From contig JAUCBJ010000876.1 of the NCBI GenBank assembly GCA_032718475.1, positions 1-48,983 of the forward strand: DNA of 48,983 nucleotides, read 5' to 3'. The DNA is from Nemertoderma westbladi (taxonomy: Eukaryota; Animalia; Xenacoelomorpha). This document shows, one piece after another, positions 33,618 through 45,743 of the stretch (the stretch's first letter is position 1; the number at the start of each line of letters is the position of its first letter). The notes below the pieces were generated by a model, which was not told the origin of the DNA, made no database searches, and saw only the letters and a list, made by a program, of their open reading frames with translations. A program made the position numbers and the translations under genes.

Positions 33618-33930
33618 TGCTTTGGGGCAGCCCCATTGAGAAAATAAGCGTGGTGGACAGCCCATGACTTTCGAAAATATTTTTGTTAAGGTAGCATAGC
33701 ATATCAATGTGCAGTTTCAATAGTATGTTTTTGAGTGCACTGGAGGGAGGCTATTATTACGTAACCAGTGCAGTTTTTAATTCAAAAATTAATAGTAAAC
33801 TATAATGACGAAATAGTAAACAATAATAAATAGTAAAATACTGTAGTAAACAATAGTTGGTAAATTAATATATATAATAAGGCTTATTATGTACCGGTAT
33901 AGTTATTCAGTTAATGGTTATTAATTATGT

Positions 33931-34065
33931 TTATAGTACCACACAGCATAAACGGCTGGTGGTGTCCACAACACCGGAACGATTCTTCACATCTTCTACA
34001 GAATCATCACTACGCAATCGAACCGACTCCCTTGGGTTCGGTTTTACCTCCGCCGTTGGTTTCGT
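33931..34065 (-). CDS. Terminal exon of the acidic CaaX-box protein (TKPTAEV...TTSRLCCVVL*)
   Basis: Acceptor TTGAATTACAG, phase 0 matching the donor at 37845; 44 codons then TAA; ends in CaaX with an adjacent Cys. Confidence 0.75.
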   Translation of the reverse strand, partial: TKPTAEVKPNPRESVRLRSDDSVEDVKNRSGVVDTTSRLCCVVL

Positions 34066-34571
34066 CTGTAATTCAAATTATTTGTGTCCGTTAACTTTCC
34101 GTACGTTGTGCCATTATGGATGTGTAGCAAACATAATAGAAACACGAAGTGGGGCCTTCGCTGTGCACGTGGCCTAAACTTATGTAAATGTCAACTCGAA
34201 ACAATTAAATTATAAGCACAATATAAGCATATGTCCCCTAATCACTTTACCACCTGAGGCAGACTGAGTAACTGCAGTCGGGTTTATATCTCACAAAAAC
34301 TCCGTCCGAGGTCTAGAATATATGTGCCGGTTACCAATCAAGCAGTAAGAAAGAATTGTAAACAATAATACGAAATGACTAAAGGTTTTCATTGCAGAAA
34401 TAATGCCATCTAGTGCCGTATTTTTTTCATTATTAAACATTTCGCAGAAGAGCTGCACAACGATTACCTTTCTCTAAATAAAAAGTAGTTCATAATAAAA
34501 AATAAAATAAAAATTCACCGTTGTTGGCTAGGGCATACCGCTTTATATTATACCTACAAATACGCAGGCTG

Positions 34572-36652
34572 ACTAATACTCAAACATCACTAATCAAATA
34601 CTCATACTCAAACATCATCACTCATCAAATTCTAATACTCAAACATCATCACTATTCAAATACTCATACTCAAACATATTCACTCATCAAATACTCATAC
34701 TCAAACATCATCACTCATCAAATACTCATACTCAAACATCATCACTCATCTAATACTCATACTCAAACATCATCACTCATCAAATACTCATACTCAAACA
34801 TCACTAATCAAATACTCATACTCAAAAAACATCATCACTCATCAAATTCTAATACTCAAACATCATCACTAATCAAATACTCATACTCAAACATCTTCAC
34901 TCATCAAATACTCATACTCAAACATCATCACTCATCAAATACTAATACTCAAACATCATCACTAATCAAATACTCATACTCAAACATCTTCACTCATCAA
35001 ATACTTATACTCAAACATCATCACTCATCAAATACTCATACTCAAACATCATCACTCATCAAATACTCATACTCAAACATCATCACTCATCAAATACTCA
35101 TACTCAAACATCATCACTCATCAAATACTCATACTCAAACATCACCACTCATCAAATACTCATACTCAAACATCATCACTCATCAAATACTCATACTCAA
35201 ACATCATCACTCATCAAATACTAATACTCAAACATCATTACTAATCAAATACTCATACTCAAACATAATCACTCATCCGATACTAATACTCAAACATCAT
35301 TACTAATCAAATACTCATACTCAAACATCTTCACTCATCAAATACTTATACTCAAATATCATCACTCATCAAATACTCATACTCAAACATCATCACTCAT
35401 CAAATACTCATACTCAAACATCATCACTCATCAAATACTCATACTCAAACATCACCACTCATCAAATACTCATACTCAAACATCATCACTCATCAAATAT
35501 TCATACTCCAACATCATCACTAATCAAATACTCATACTCAAACATCATCACTCATGAAATACTCATACTCAAACATAATCACTCATCCAATACTAATACT
35601 CAAACATCATCACTAATCAAATACTCATACTCAAACATCTTCACTCATCAAATACTTATACTCAAACATCATCACTCATCAAATACTCATACTCAAACAT
35701 CATCACTCATCAAATACTCATACTCAAACATCATCACTCATCAAATACTCATACTCAAACATCATCACTCATCAAATACTCATACTCAAACATCACCACT
35801 CATCAAATACTCATACTCAAACATCATCACTCATCAAATACTCATACTCAAACATCATCACTCATCAAATACTAATACTCAAACATCATTACTAATCAAA
35901 TACTCATAAAACATAATCACTCATCCGATACTAATACTCAAACATCATCACTAATCAAATACTCATACTCAAACATCTTCACTCATCAAATACTTATACT
36001 CAAATATCATCACTCATCAAATACTCATACTCAAACATCATCACTCATCAAATACTCATACTCAAACATCATCACTCATCAAATACTCATACTCAAACAT
36101 CATCACTCATCAAATACTCATACTCAAACATCACCACTCATCAAATACTCATACTCAAACATCATCACTCATCAAATACTCATACTCAAACATCATCACT
36201 CATCAAATACTAATACTCAAACATCATCACTAATCAAATACTCATACTCAAACATCATCACTCATCAAATACTCATACTCAAACATCATCACTCATCAAA
36301 TACTCATACTCAAACATCATCACTCATCAAATACTCATACTCAAACATCATCACTCATCAAATATTCACACTCCAACATCATCACTCATGAAATACTCAT
36401 ACTCAAACATAATCACTCATCCGATATTACTAATACTCAAACATCATCACTAATCAAATACTCATACTCAAACATCTTCACTCATCAAATACTTATACTC
36501 AAACATCATCACTCATCAAATACTCATACTCAAACATCATCACTCATCAAATACTCATACTCAAACACCATCACTCATCAAATACTCATACTCAAACATC
36601 ATCACTCATCAAATACTCATACTCAAACATCATCACTCATCAAATACACTCA
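34572..36652. repeat. 31-bp intronic minisatellite (CTCAAACATCATCACTCATCAAATACTCATA)
   Basis: About 65 copies; plus strand almost free of G. Confidence 0.95.
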
Positions 36653-36799
36653 AAATAATGTATAAAATAAGAAATCCATTGCGCCCACTAGGCCACTACA
36701 GCTACGGAAAGGGCGTTTTGAATGCACAGAAATGTTACTGTCATGAACTCTTAATGTTATTGGAAGCCTGACCAACATCGATAATCATTTAACTAAAAA

Positions 36800-36962
36800 A
36801 CGTTTGACGATTTCCAGTACCTTAGGTCATGGATAGAGTGCAGAATAAAGGGATAGAAGTTAGGAAAGCAAAGGCATGGGTAGCTCTATCAAAAATGGAT
36901 ACCATCTGGAAATCAGACCTCTCCCGTCACTTGAAGACCAAGTTCTTTAGAACCACAGTAGA
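36800..36962 (+). mobile_element. RTE fragment (second subfamily)
   Basis: DDFQYLRSWI / IEVRKAKAWVALSKMDTIWKSDLSRHLKTKFFRTTVE. Confidence 0.7.
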
Positions 36963-37020
36963 AACTGAACACCTGGAGACTGGGGCACTGGCGACACTGG
37001 AGACACTGGTGAGACCTGGA

Positions 37021-37723
37021 CACTGGCGAAGCGTGACACGAACACACCCCCCCCCCCCCCCCATCCCGCGCCCCACTCCCCCCGAATTTTCTACAAAGAG
37101 ATTGCATGAAATTTGAATAGAGATAGTTCGACCTCCGCACCACTTACTGGTGGGTGGGGTGACACAGGATTTTTATTTTTTTGCTTACAATTTTTAGCTA
37201 CAAGCGTTTTAAAAGTAAAGAGTGTCCCCATCGATATGCCCCAGACCCAACGCAGTTATTCTCAACCTTGTGATTTATTGGTACCGATGGAAAGCTGGCC
37301 GTATAAGGATTCCAATTAATATGTAGAATTTGGTTGGTAAATAGCTGATAGGCATTCGCAGTTGCTTACAGTGCATGGCCAGTCTTTTATTCGATTTAAT
37401 AAATACTCAAAATTCTTATTCATCTCAAATGGGCAACAATACAATGCCTATATAATTAATACAGTACTATTAGGAACTTTAGGAATACTAATAATACTAT
37501 AAACAAAATGTCCTAGAATATGGGGAATTCATTTTTGGTGCCATCGACGAAGATACTTTATCTTAAACGCTTGTAGCTAAAGAATGATAGCAAAATGAAA
37601 ATCCTTTCCTCCCAGTAAGGGGTCGGCAGGTAAAACTATTCTTGTTTTTAATTCAATGCAATTATTTCATTATGATTTCTTTAAAAATTAAGGGGGTGGC
37701 GGGGGCGGGGGGACGTGTCACTG
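37021..37723. mobile_element. Degenerate palindromic MITE, related to the 9802-11625 element
   Basis: GTGACACG+polyC / G-rich+CGTGTCAC; TTTAGCTACAAGCGTTT / AAACGCTTGTAGCTAAA inverted; shared GAAAGCTGGCCGTATAAGGATTCCAA. Confidence 0.6.
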
Positions 37724-37845
37724 AATTGCGACACTATATTCTAGGGCTCGATCTATATCTGTCTCATAAGAATGTAGGTCTATAAGAATAACACTCACAA
37801 AGAATAAATCTCTCAAATATATATAAAAATGTATAAAAGACTCAC

Positions 37846-38365
37846 CTCATCATTTACCTCCGTTGTGGAATCTTTCTTCGGATCATCTGCAGTTTCTATA
37901 TTTATTTCATTTTCAGGGGTTGATGTAAGGCCTTCTTCGGCTTTTGGTTGGTTTTGCAGTGGATCTTCCAAGACCTTTGGTGCATCATCGGAATCTTGAG
38001 CTTCTTCTTGTTGCTTGCACGTTTTCGACACTACTTCCTGATTATCATCACTATCATTTTTGATTTCTTCGATTGGTTTTGCGTCGGGTTGTTTATCTTC
38101 TTCATCACTCTTACTATCGATATTCTCATCGTTTGACTGAGAATCCGCTCTTCTCTCGTGTTGCTCACCTGATACAGGATCTATATTCGTGGTAACCTCT
38201 ATATTGTTAGATACTTTGTCTTCTTTGTCGTCTTCAGAAGAAATTTCAGCATTATCTGATTTACCAACATTATCGTCATGTTTTTCAGCAGGGGTTGTTG
38301 TTGTTGTTTTAGAATCATCTGTCCCCGTTTCTTTAAATTCTTCACTGCTACTATCACGAGCAACT
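37846..38365 (-). CDS. Internal exon of the acidic (D/E/K/S/T-rich) CaaX-box protein
   Basis: Branch-like CTAAT plus TATTAG acceptor in phase 2; donor GAG|GTGAGT in phase 0; 520-nt open, protein-like frame. Confidence 0.8.
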
Positions 38366-38699
38366 CTAATATAATTCAAATTTGTCATATTAGTCATAAA
38401 TTAGTCAGGGATTATAATTAATTTTCAGCGCGAATTGAAAAAAAAACTAGCAATGAATTTCAAATTGCGGTGTATAGCATCGATATACTAAGCACAAATA
38501 AATACCTAAAAATGGTGTACCGGTACTCTATATAACATTTTGCTATAAGTACCACCCAAGGATCCAGTTGTAAGACCCAGCAAGGACTACAAAGAATAAC
38601 ACAGGCTTCACTGCTGCACATAATTGTCCCGCCTTTTAAGGAAGTATCAACTATTAGCACTCAACTACTGTATATTAACAATAAAGCTGACCAACTAAC

Positions 38700-39460
38700 T
38701 ACCAACGTCAAGAACTTATTCTTCAGATGATCGAAGCTTTGCAGTGTAAAGCTCATTTTGAGAAATTGACAAATAACAATCGGAAACTGATTGATGATTT
38801 CACTGTAAAGCCTGGGTCTGACACAATGCTCTGAGAAATTCCCATTCGTGATATAACATTTGAAGAGGTCTTCATAGCTTCGAAGGATATTAAAACCAAT
38901 AGAAGGCTGCATCTATTGTTGGTCTATTTGTGAATAGCACAAAGACAAAAATTCTGACATTAAACATGGTCTCCGACATGCAGAAAATGGATCGTGGTAA
39001 CATACAATTACTGCATGGAGTGGCAAGTCATGTGAAGGGCGTTGGTTACCTTAGATCATGGGTTCGAGGGTATCATCGTCTGCCAGCCACCATCTATCCA
39101 GAATCTTGAAGAGAAGATCTGTGATATGTATGCAAGCATGTAACATATCATTGCAATACCAGCCATCGTTGAAGCTTGTTGAGCAGTGTTTCTATCGGCA
39201 GAATCAACCTGCACATAATAAGTTTTGCTGTGGCAGCCTGATGGTGGGCATAGGCGTGGTGGACAACCAATGATTTTCCTCAAAGCCTGCGCAAGGACAC
39301 CGGACTTCAGGGATGTACTAGGAAAGAGTACCGTATAGCTAACCGTGAGTTGTGGAGGGCGCTATGTTCCTGAGTGTTTCTACATAAAATGGAGCCTTGG
39401 GCTTCATCTTTTAAGCTGCGTAACAATTTTTGAGCCCCTCCAATGTCTCCAACAGAACAC
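38700..39460. mobile_element. Scrambled, old RTE remnants
   Basis: DITFEEVFIASKDIKTN-like motif at ~38850; 39170-39360 resembles the RTE 3' end; 39400-39460 resembles GAQKLLRSL on the minus strand. Confidence 0.5.
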
Positions 39461-40248
39461 CCAGACCATAAGAAAATACGAAATTTGTAACAAGCTACAG
39501 TAGTTGCTTGTGATGCACGGCTTCTACTACCAGATCCAGGAATATACCTCGACGTATACCTCCATGTCAATTTAATTCAATTCAATAGTTTCCAATAGAC
39601 ACTGAGTCTCATTACAGGATCACTGATGCGATTCAACACGATACTGTTGAATAGCATCGCTTCAATTTATTGTGATCGGAGTGATCCCACACTGGAACAC
39701 GTCAATTCGTATTCAATGTTCTTGGAGCCTATTTCTGCCGATACACTTTTCGGATATGAGGTATAATACTCGATTCCTATATCTTGAAGTCCTCAGGTAG
39801 AACTCCATTTGTGCACATGCTAAATTGGTTTTAATGTTTTCCGCAGCCATAATGTTGTCTGATACTTTTATGCGGGTTGGCTATCTAGACACCCACAAGA
39901 AGTTTCAGACTAATTACTCAAAAATTGTAGAAGTAGTAGGGTTTTGAATTTGACAATTTCATGAAAAAAATTTTTGGAGATAATCGACCTTTCATTATAC
40001 ATAGTAATAGTAATTTCAATAGGATTCCCTAAATGGAAATTTACATAACTTGAAAACTAAGAGCTATTAAATAGCGGTTTTCAGATTTGGAAACACCATT
40101 CAATGGTGCATTATAATAGACCATAAAAAAATTTCGACATATTTTGGACCAAAATGGTGTACCCCCCCCCCCCCCCTTAATGTACCAAATAAACCATATG
40201 TGGTATAATATACCATTTATATGTATATATTTATATTACCATACTTAC

Positions 40249-40555
40249 ATGGTTTCCACATGATCATCTGATACTACATCATTGTCATTGCTCAACACTT
40301 CACGGTTAATATCATCCATAGTGGCTTCCAAGTGATTTATAGAATTGCTCAGATAGCTGCTATCCGACACAGTTGAACCAACGATTTCAACTTCTAACTC
40401 CTTTGATGATAATACGTCGATTTCTTCAGGGGATCCCTTTTCAGATGTAAAAGCTTTATCCTCAATAATGTCACCGTCGTCTGATATTGCTGATAAGTTA
40501 TCTTTCAATGTTGAAATACTCGTTTGTCGCGGATAGTCTACTTCCGTAACTAAGT
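40249..40555 (-). CDS. Internal exon of the acidic CaaX-box protein (LVTEVDYPRQ...DDHVET)
   Basis: CTAAT branch plus TTTACATTGCAG acceptor; donor AT|GTAAGT in phase 2, matching the exon starting at 38365. Confidence 0.8.
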
Positions 40556-40624
40556 CTGCAATGTAAACAAAATTAGTAGAAAGTTAATTAATATAAAGTA
40601 ATAATATATTAAATAATAACTCAC

Positions 40625-40641
40625 CTACATTGAAAGCATAT
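40625..40641 (-). CDS. 17-nt micro-exon (YAFNV) of the same gene
   Basis: Acceptor TTCACTCCCTGCGTTTAG, donor TAG|GTGAGT, 69-bp intron; open in the phase needed by the next exon. Confidence 0.55.
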
Positions 40642-40889
40642 CTAAACGCAGGGAGTGAATAAAGTTATACACTTCCGGTGGGGAAATGGTACAGATTATT
40701 TGTGTGACTCTAATGTTGCCAGTAATGAAATTTTCATATCATAAATGGTGTGACAATGCCTTGCCCTTTCGTATTCTAGGTCTACAGAAGATCTCAGACA
40801 AACAGGGCCAACTAATAAATGAAAACACTGACGGTCGAAAACGTTCTAGGAAAATAAACAATTACAATCAGAATTGTGGTCTTTGTAGC

Positions 40890-41460
40890 TGCATGTCCTA
40901 GACTGATGATTAGTCGTTGGGCATCAACTAATGATTTTGACATTATGTTGGTCGGGAAACATTAGCAGGACATACTCCACGACAATTTATGAAGAGGAAT
41001 GTAGCAAGGAGAACGAGAAGGACACCACATACATCTTCAAATGGGTAGGTATCTCCATCAGTTGTAGAACCATCATACAATGATTTAATGGCAGCAATTA
41101 TATCAAGGATCACATCGGACTCAAGGACCTTAAAAATGCGTGGGCGTGAGACAACGCCGTAGGCTTTAAAAAAAAGTATACAAAGATAGTGGTTAGATGC
41201 CTTTTGTCACTTGTAGACAATTCCTTACTAATCCGTCACAATGCCAGAATGGGCTCCAAGGTACTTCTTGAATAGCTTGGCTGCAACGAAATCAGGCAGA
41301 TTCCTCATTATGACCTATACAGCCTTACACTTTTTAGCCAAAATTTATTGTTTTGGCGCAATATTCGCGAGGTTCATGTATGTCTTGGAGTCTAGAAGTA
41401 AAAATTCATGGATCTGGAATACTTCAGGAAGCACGCTAGGCTCGATAGACTTAGTCACTG
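40890..41460 (-). mobile_element. Degenerate RT remnant (RTE-like)
   Basis: Broken minus-strand motifs resembling FVYFFKAY..VSRPRIFKVL and a GV..(L)ATFLFINC segment. Confidence 0.45.
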
Positions 41461-41567
41461 ATAGTTAATAATATGAACGCTGTGGGGATGAAGATACCTT
41501 GTGTGCACATATGCATACACAGATGTTACATGCAACTAGTTAAACTCTACAAGTAAATTACCTAACC

Positions 41568-42633
41568 AACAAGCTGGCAAGCCTGGAAGGTTCACGGTCC
41601 TCCTACTTAATCAGTACAATAATAATACGTTTTCGTTCGGGTAGGCCTATGTTTCCTTTTCACTTGTTCCCATCGTAGGCGACCTCATGCTCCTGTGCTC
41701 ATCCCACCACGACCACGACCACCAGTTACGAGTTGGGTAGGCGTCTACCGGCAACCGGTAAGTAATTACGCGCCACACGACGTCATCCCGCCATCCGCCA
41801 ACATTTATACTGGTACGGTAAGCCTACCACCTACCGGCTGGCTACCATCGCACCGTAGGTCTACCGCCTACGCCTACCGGTCAACCGGTAACGGTAGGCT
41901 ACCGCGTACCGGTACAGCGGTACTCAAAGTCGTACCGGTATTGTCGTAATTGACAAATGCAGGATTAAACCGTAACCCGTTCCAGTACCGGTACCATATG
42001 CATCTGAACGACTGGACGGTTAATCTCATAGCATAGCTGCATAGGCCTACTGGTAGTCAGTGCGAAGTCGCCTGCGAACATGGCGAAATATTATATTTAC
42101 TGCTAGGGCTAGGCTAGGACCTACTGCTGTACTGACCTATGACAGTATGAAGATAGGCAGATAGGCCTACAGTGGTCAGGTAGTACCGGTCCGGTATGCC
42201 TACTACAGGCAGACAATCAGACAGTACTAGCAGTGCTAATTAATTACCTTAATTAAATCTTCAATTAGGTCATAATGTAGGTCCAAATTTAAAAATCGGC
42301 CTCCGTTAATCGATTTACAAATAATTCAGGTACCTCCATGCCAAATATCAGAATCATTCATTGCGTTCCCTATGACAAGATAGCTTTTTCCTAAACCATG
42401 CGAAAACACGCAAATATAGCGCTCACATCGCACAAATACCATCTCGACACCCAATTTTTTGTATGAGCCTTCGCCATCCCTATATCTAACTTTTGTCCAA
42501 ATTTTGTTTCGATTGATTAATAAATAACTGAGATATCGCTCTGGACACACACACACACACACACACACACTAACACACACACACACACACATTACGGTAA
42601 TAATGGTCACCTATGTCAAGGACCGTGAACCAA
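41568..42633 (-). mobile_element. DINE-1/HINE-like element
   Basis: 13-bp inverted repeat GGTTCACGGTCCT (41590-41602) / AGGACCGTGAACC (42619-42631), (CA)n at 42545-42591, core ATCAATCGAAACAAAATTTGG, 3' hairpin CAGGCT-TGCC-AGCTTG then TT. Confidence 0.75.
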
Positions 42634-43799
42634 TATAATTGTACTTATAAAAAACGTTTTTAATTAAGATTAAAGTACACTAGGCCTACTACTAAACCTC
42701 TATAATAACCTTTATTCAAACACTGAGATAATTATTTCTTCTGGAGGTTTCCAACAACGTTATAGTTTTAGTTATTACTCTATAATCCGCTCTTACAATA
42801 GGCCCGCACAATAACTTTCTATGCCACTCACAATTCTGCGTTTAATAACATAAATAAAACAATACCGGTAATAATAATCTAAACAAAATTGACCGAAAGT
42901 ATGTCGGCACAGTATGACGACTATAATGTCATACTGTATTACTCTATTAGTAAAGAGTGAGCTAAACCAATAGCGCCCCAAACGATTTGAACGCAACACC
43001 TTATCATTTGTCGTGATATAAAGAGCACACTTTATATCCCCCCGGGATATAGAGAGCAATCTTATAACTTCCCCCTTTAATTCGGTAATAAAGGCTTCTT
43101 TTGGGATAAAATATTTAATAAATAATAATTATGTTTTGTTTCGGCTCACTTTGCTTCGTCTCGTTTGTGTGAGGTGTTACTTTCATTAGAACAGTAAACA
43201 ATGTTTAAAAAATAAATATCAAAGTTATAACATACAGTACAGTTCGTTCACTATATCAAATCACTTATATCCTAACCAGAAATAATGAGGACATTTCCTA
43301 TGGACAATTAAGTACATCCATCCATCGGCGCTTTAGTTTTATCGATAAGCCAAGACAGGTAGGCCTACAAACTGACCTTTAAACTAGTCTATGTAAATGT
43401 GTAATAACAGTAGGCTCTACAGTTAAATGTAATTAGCATTGAATGGTTAACGTATTTCCTAAGAATTACCTAAATTTAGTGGTTTATTTGATGTTTGTTG
43501 ATTGTAATCTAGCGATTTTCCTCTTAAACATGAGTTAAGTGTACACGGATAACGACAAGGGCTCCTCCATAAGTCAACACTCCTAAAATCAACACTTTGA
43601 AACTAAAATAACTGTCTATTTTTAGATAATTAACAACTGCAAGGCATCAGATTATAATCTAACAATCTAATCAATTGTTCACAGAAGTGACATAGTTCGT
43701 ACTCAGTACACAGTCCATCACTACGGTACATCAGTATCAGGACGGGGCCATTACTGGCAGAATTAAAAAGGACGGCGCTACCCGTGGTAAAAGGAAGGT

Positions 43800-45743
43800 A
43801 CAGAACAGCGGCGCAATCAGTGGTGTGGGTCAAAGACAAAGAGTTTAACAGATCAGAGGCGCAATCAGTGGTGTGTGGGTCAAAGACAAAGAGTTTAACA
43901 GAACAGAGGCGCAATCAGTGGTGTGGGTCAAAGACAAAGAGTTTAACAGAACAGAGGCTCAATCAGTGGTGTGGGTCAAAGACAAAGAGTTTAACAGAAC
44001 AGAGGCGCAATCAGTGGTGTGTGGGTCAAAGACATAGAGTTTAACAGAACAGATGCGCAATCAGTGGTGTGGGTCAAAGACAAAGAGTTTAACAGAACAG
44101 AGGCTCAATCAGTGGTGTGGGTCAAAGACAAAGAGTTTAACAGAACAGAGGCGCAATCAGTGGTGTGGGTCAAAGACAAAGAGTTTAACAGAACAGCGGC
44201 GCAATCAGTGGTGTGGGTCAAAGACAAAGAGTTTAACAGAACAGCGGCGCAATCAGTGGTGTGGGTCAAAGACAAAGAATTTAACAGAACAGCGGCGCAA
44301 TCAGTGGTGTGGGTCAAAGACAAAGAGTTTAACAGAACAGAGGCGCAATCAGTGGTGTGGGTCAAAGGCAAAGAGTTTAACAGAACGGAGGCGCAATCAG
44401 TGGTGTGGGTCAAAGACAAAGAGTTTAACAGAACAGAGGCGCAATCAGTGGTGTGTGGGTCAAAGACATAGAGTTTAACAGAACGGAGGCGCAATCAGTG
44501 GTGTGGGTCAAAGACAAAGAGTTTAACAGAACAGAGGCGCAATCAGTGGTGTGGGTCAAAGACAAAGAGTTTAACAGAACAGAGGCGCAACCAGTGGTGT
44601 GGGTCAACGACAACGAGTTTAACAGAACAGCGGCACAATCAGTGGTGTGTGGGTCAAGGACAAAGAGTTTAACAGAACAGCGGCGCAATCAGTGGTGTGG
44701 GTCAACGACAAAGAGTTTAACAGAACAGAGGCGCAATCAGTGGTGTGGGTCAAAGACAAAGAGTTTAACAGAACAGCGGCGCAATCAGTGGTGCGGGTCA
44801 AAGACAAAGAGTTTAACAGAACAGAGGCGCAATCAGTGGTGTGTGGGTCAAAGACATAGAGTTTAACAGAACAGCGGCGCAATCAGTGGTGCGGGTCAAA
44901 GACGAAGAGTTTAACAGAACAGAGGCTCAATCAGTGGTGTGGGTCAAAGACAAAGAGTTTAACAGAACAGCGGCGCAATCAGTGGTGCGGATCAAGGACA
45001 AAGAGTTTAACAGAACAGAGGCGCAATCAGTGGTGTGTGGGTCAAAGACATAGAGTTTAACAGAACAGCGGCGCAATCAGTGGTGTGGGTCAAAGACGAA
45101 GAGTTTAACAGAACAGAGGCTCAATCAGTGGTGTGGGTCAAAGACAAAGAGTTTAACAGAACAGCGGCGCAATCAGTGGTGCGGATCAAGGACAAAGAGT
45201 TTAACAGAACAGAGGCGCAATCAGTGGTGTGGGTCAACGACAAAGAGTTTAACAGAAAAGAGGCGCAATCAGTGGTGTGGGTCAAAGACAAAGAGTTTAA
45301 CAGAACAGAGGCGCAATCAGTGGTGTGGGTCAAAGACAAAGAGTTTAACAGAACAGAGGCGCAATCAGTGGTGTGGGTCAAAGACAAAGAGTTTAACAGA
45401 ACAGAGGCGCAATCAGTGGTGTGGGTCAAAGACAACGAGTTTAACAGAACAGAGGCTCAATCAGTGGTGTGGGTCAAAGACAAAGAGTTTAACGGAACAG
45501 CGGCGCAATCAGTGGTGCGGATCAAGGACAAAGAGTTTAACAGAACAGCGGCGCAATCAGTGGTGTGGGTCAAAGACAAAGAGTTTAACAGAACAGAGGC
45601 GCAATCAGTGGTGTGGGTCAACGACAAAGAGTTTAACAGAAAAGAGGCGCAATCAGTGGTGTAGGTCAAAGACAAAGAGTTTAACAGAACAGCGGCGCAA
45701 TCAGTGGTGCGGGTCAAGGACAAAGAGTTTAACAGAACAGAGG
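43800..45743. repeat. 48-bp minisatellite (AACAGAACAGAGGCGCAATCAGTGGTGTGGGTCAAAGACAAAGAGTTT)
   Basis: About 40 highly similar copies with occasional GT insertions. Confidence 0.95.

Larger units (their letters stand above)
32979..33672 (+). mobile_element. RTE LINE fragment, same family as 10137-11090, split by an insertion
   Basis: IWKSPRINRKLKVRLFRAAVVPVLLYGSPCWALTAEDTK is nearly identical to the minus-strand copy; resumes after 33624. Confidence 0.88.

Noticed and set aside
22544-33931. PTK7 as a gene nested in an intron of the acidic-protein gene
   Set aside because: That gene has an in-phase terminal exon with a stop and CaaX box at 33931, upstream of PTK7.
34521-35306. 261-aa His-rich ORF
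   Set aside because: Translation of the 31-bp repeat cycling through all three frames; lies antisense within an intron.
39010-39070. tRNA gene or tRNA-derived SINE (GGTTCGAG B-box-like)
   Set aside because: No cloverleaf or convincing A-box; too degenerate to call.
42909-42937. 10-bp hairpin ACAGTATGAC...GTCATACTGT
   Set aside because: Isolated, no TSD or second copy; possibly a collapsed MITE but unsupported.
43784-45723. Repetitive ORFs, or a CRISPR-like array, in the 48-bp repeat
   Set aside because: Units are directly tandem with no unique spacers, there are no cas genes, the context is eukaryotic, and GT insertions shift the frame.
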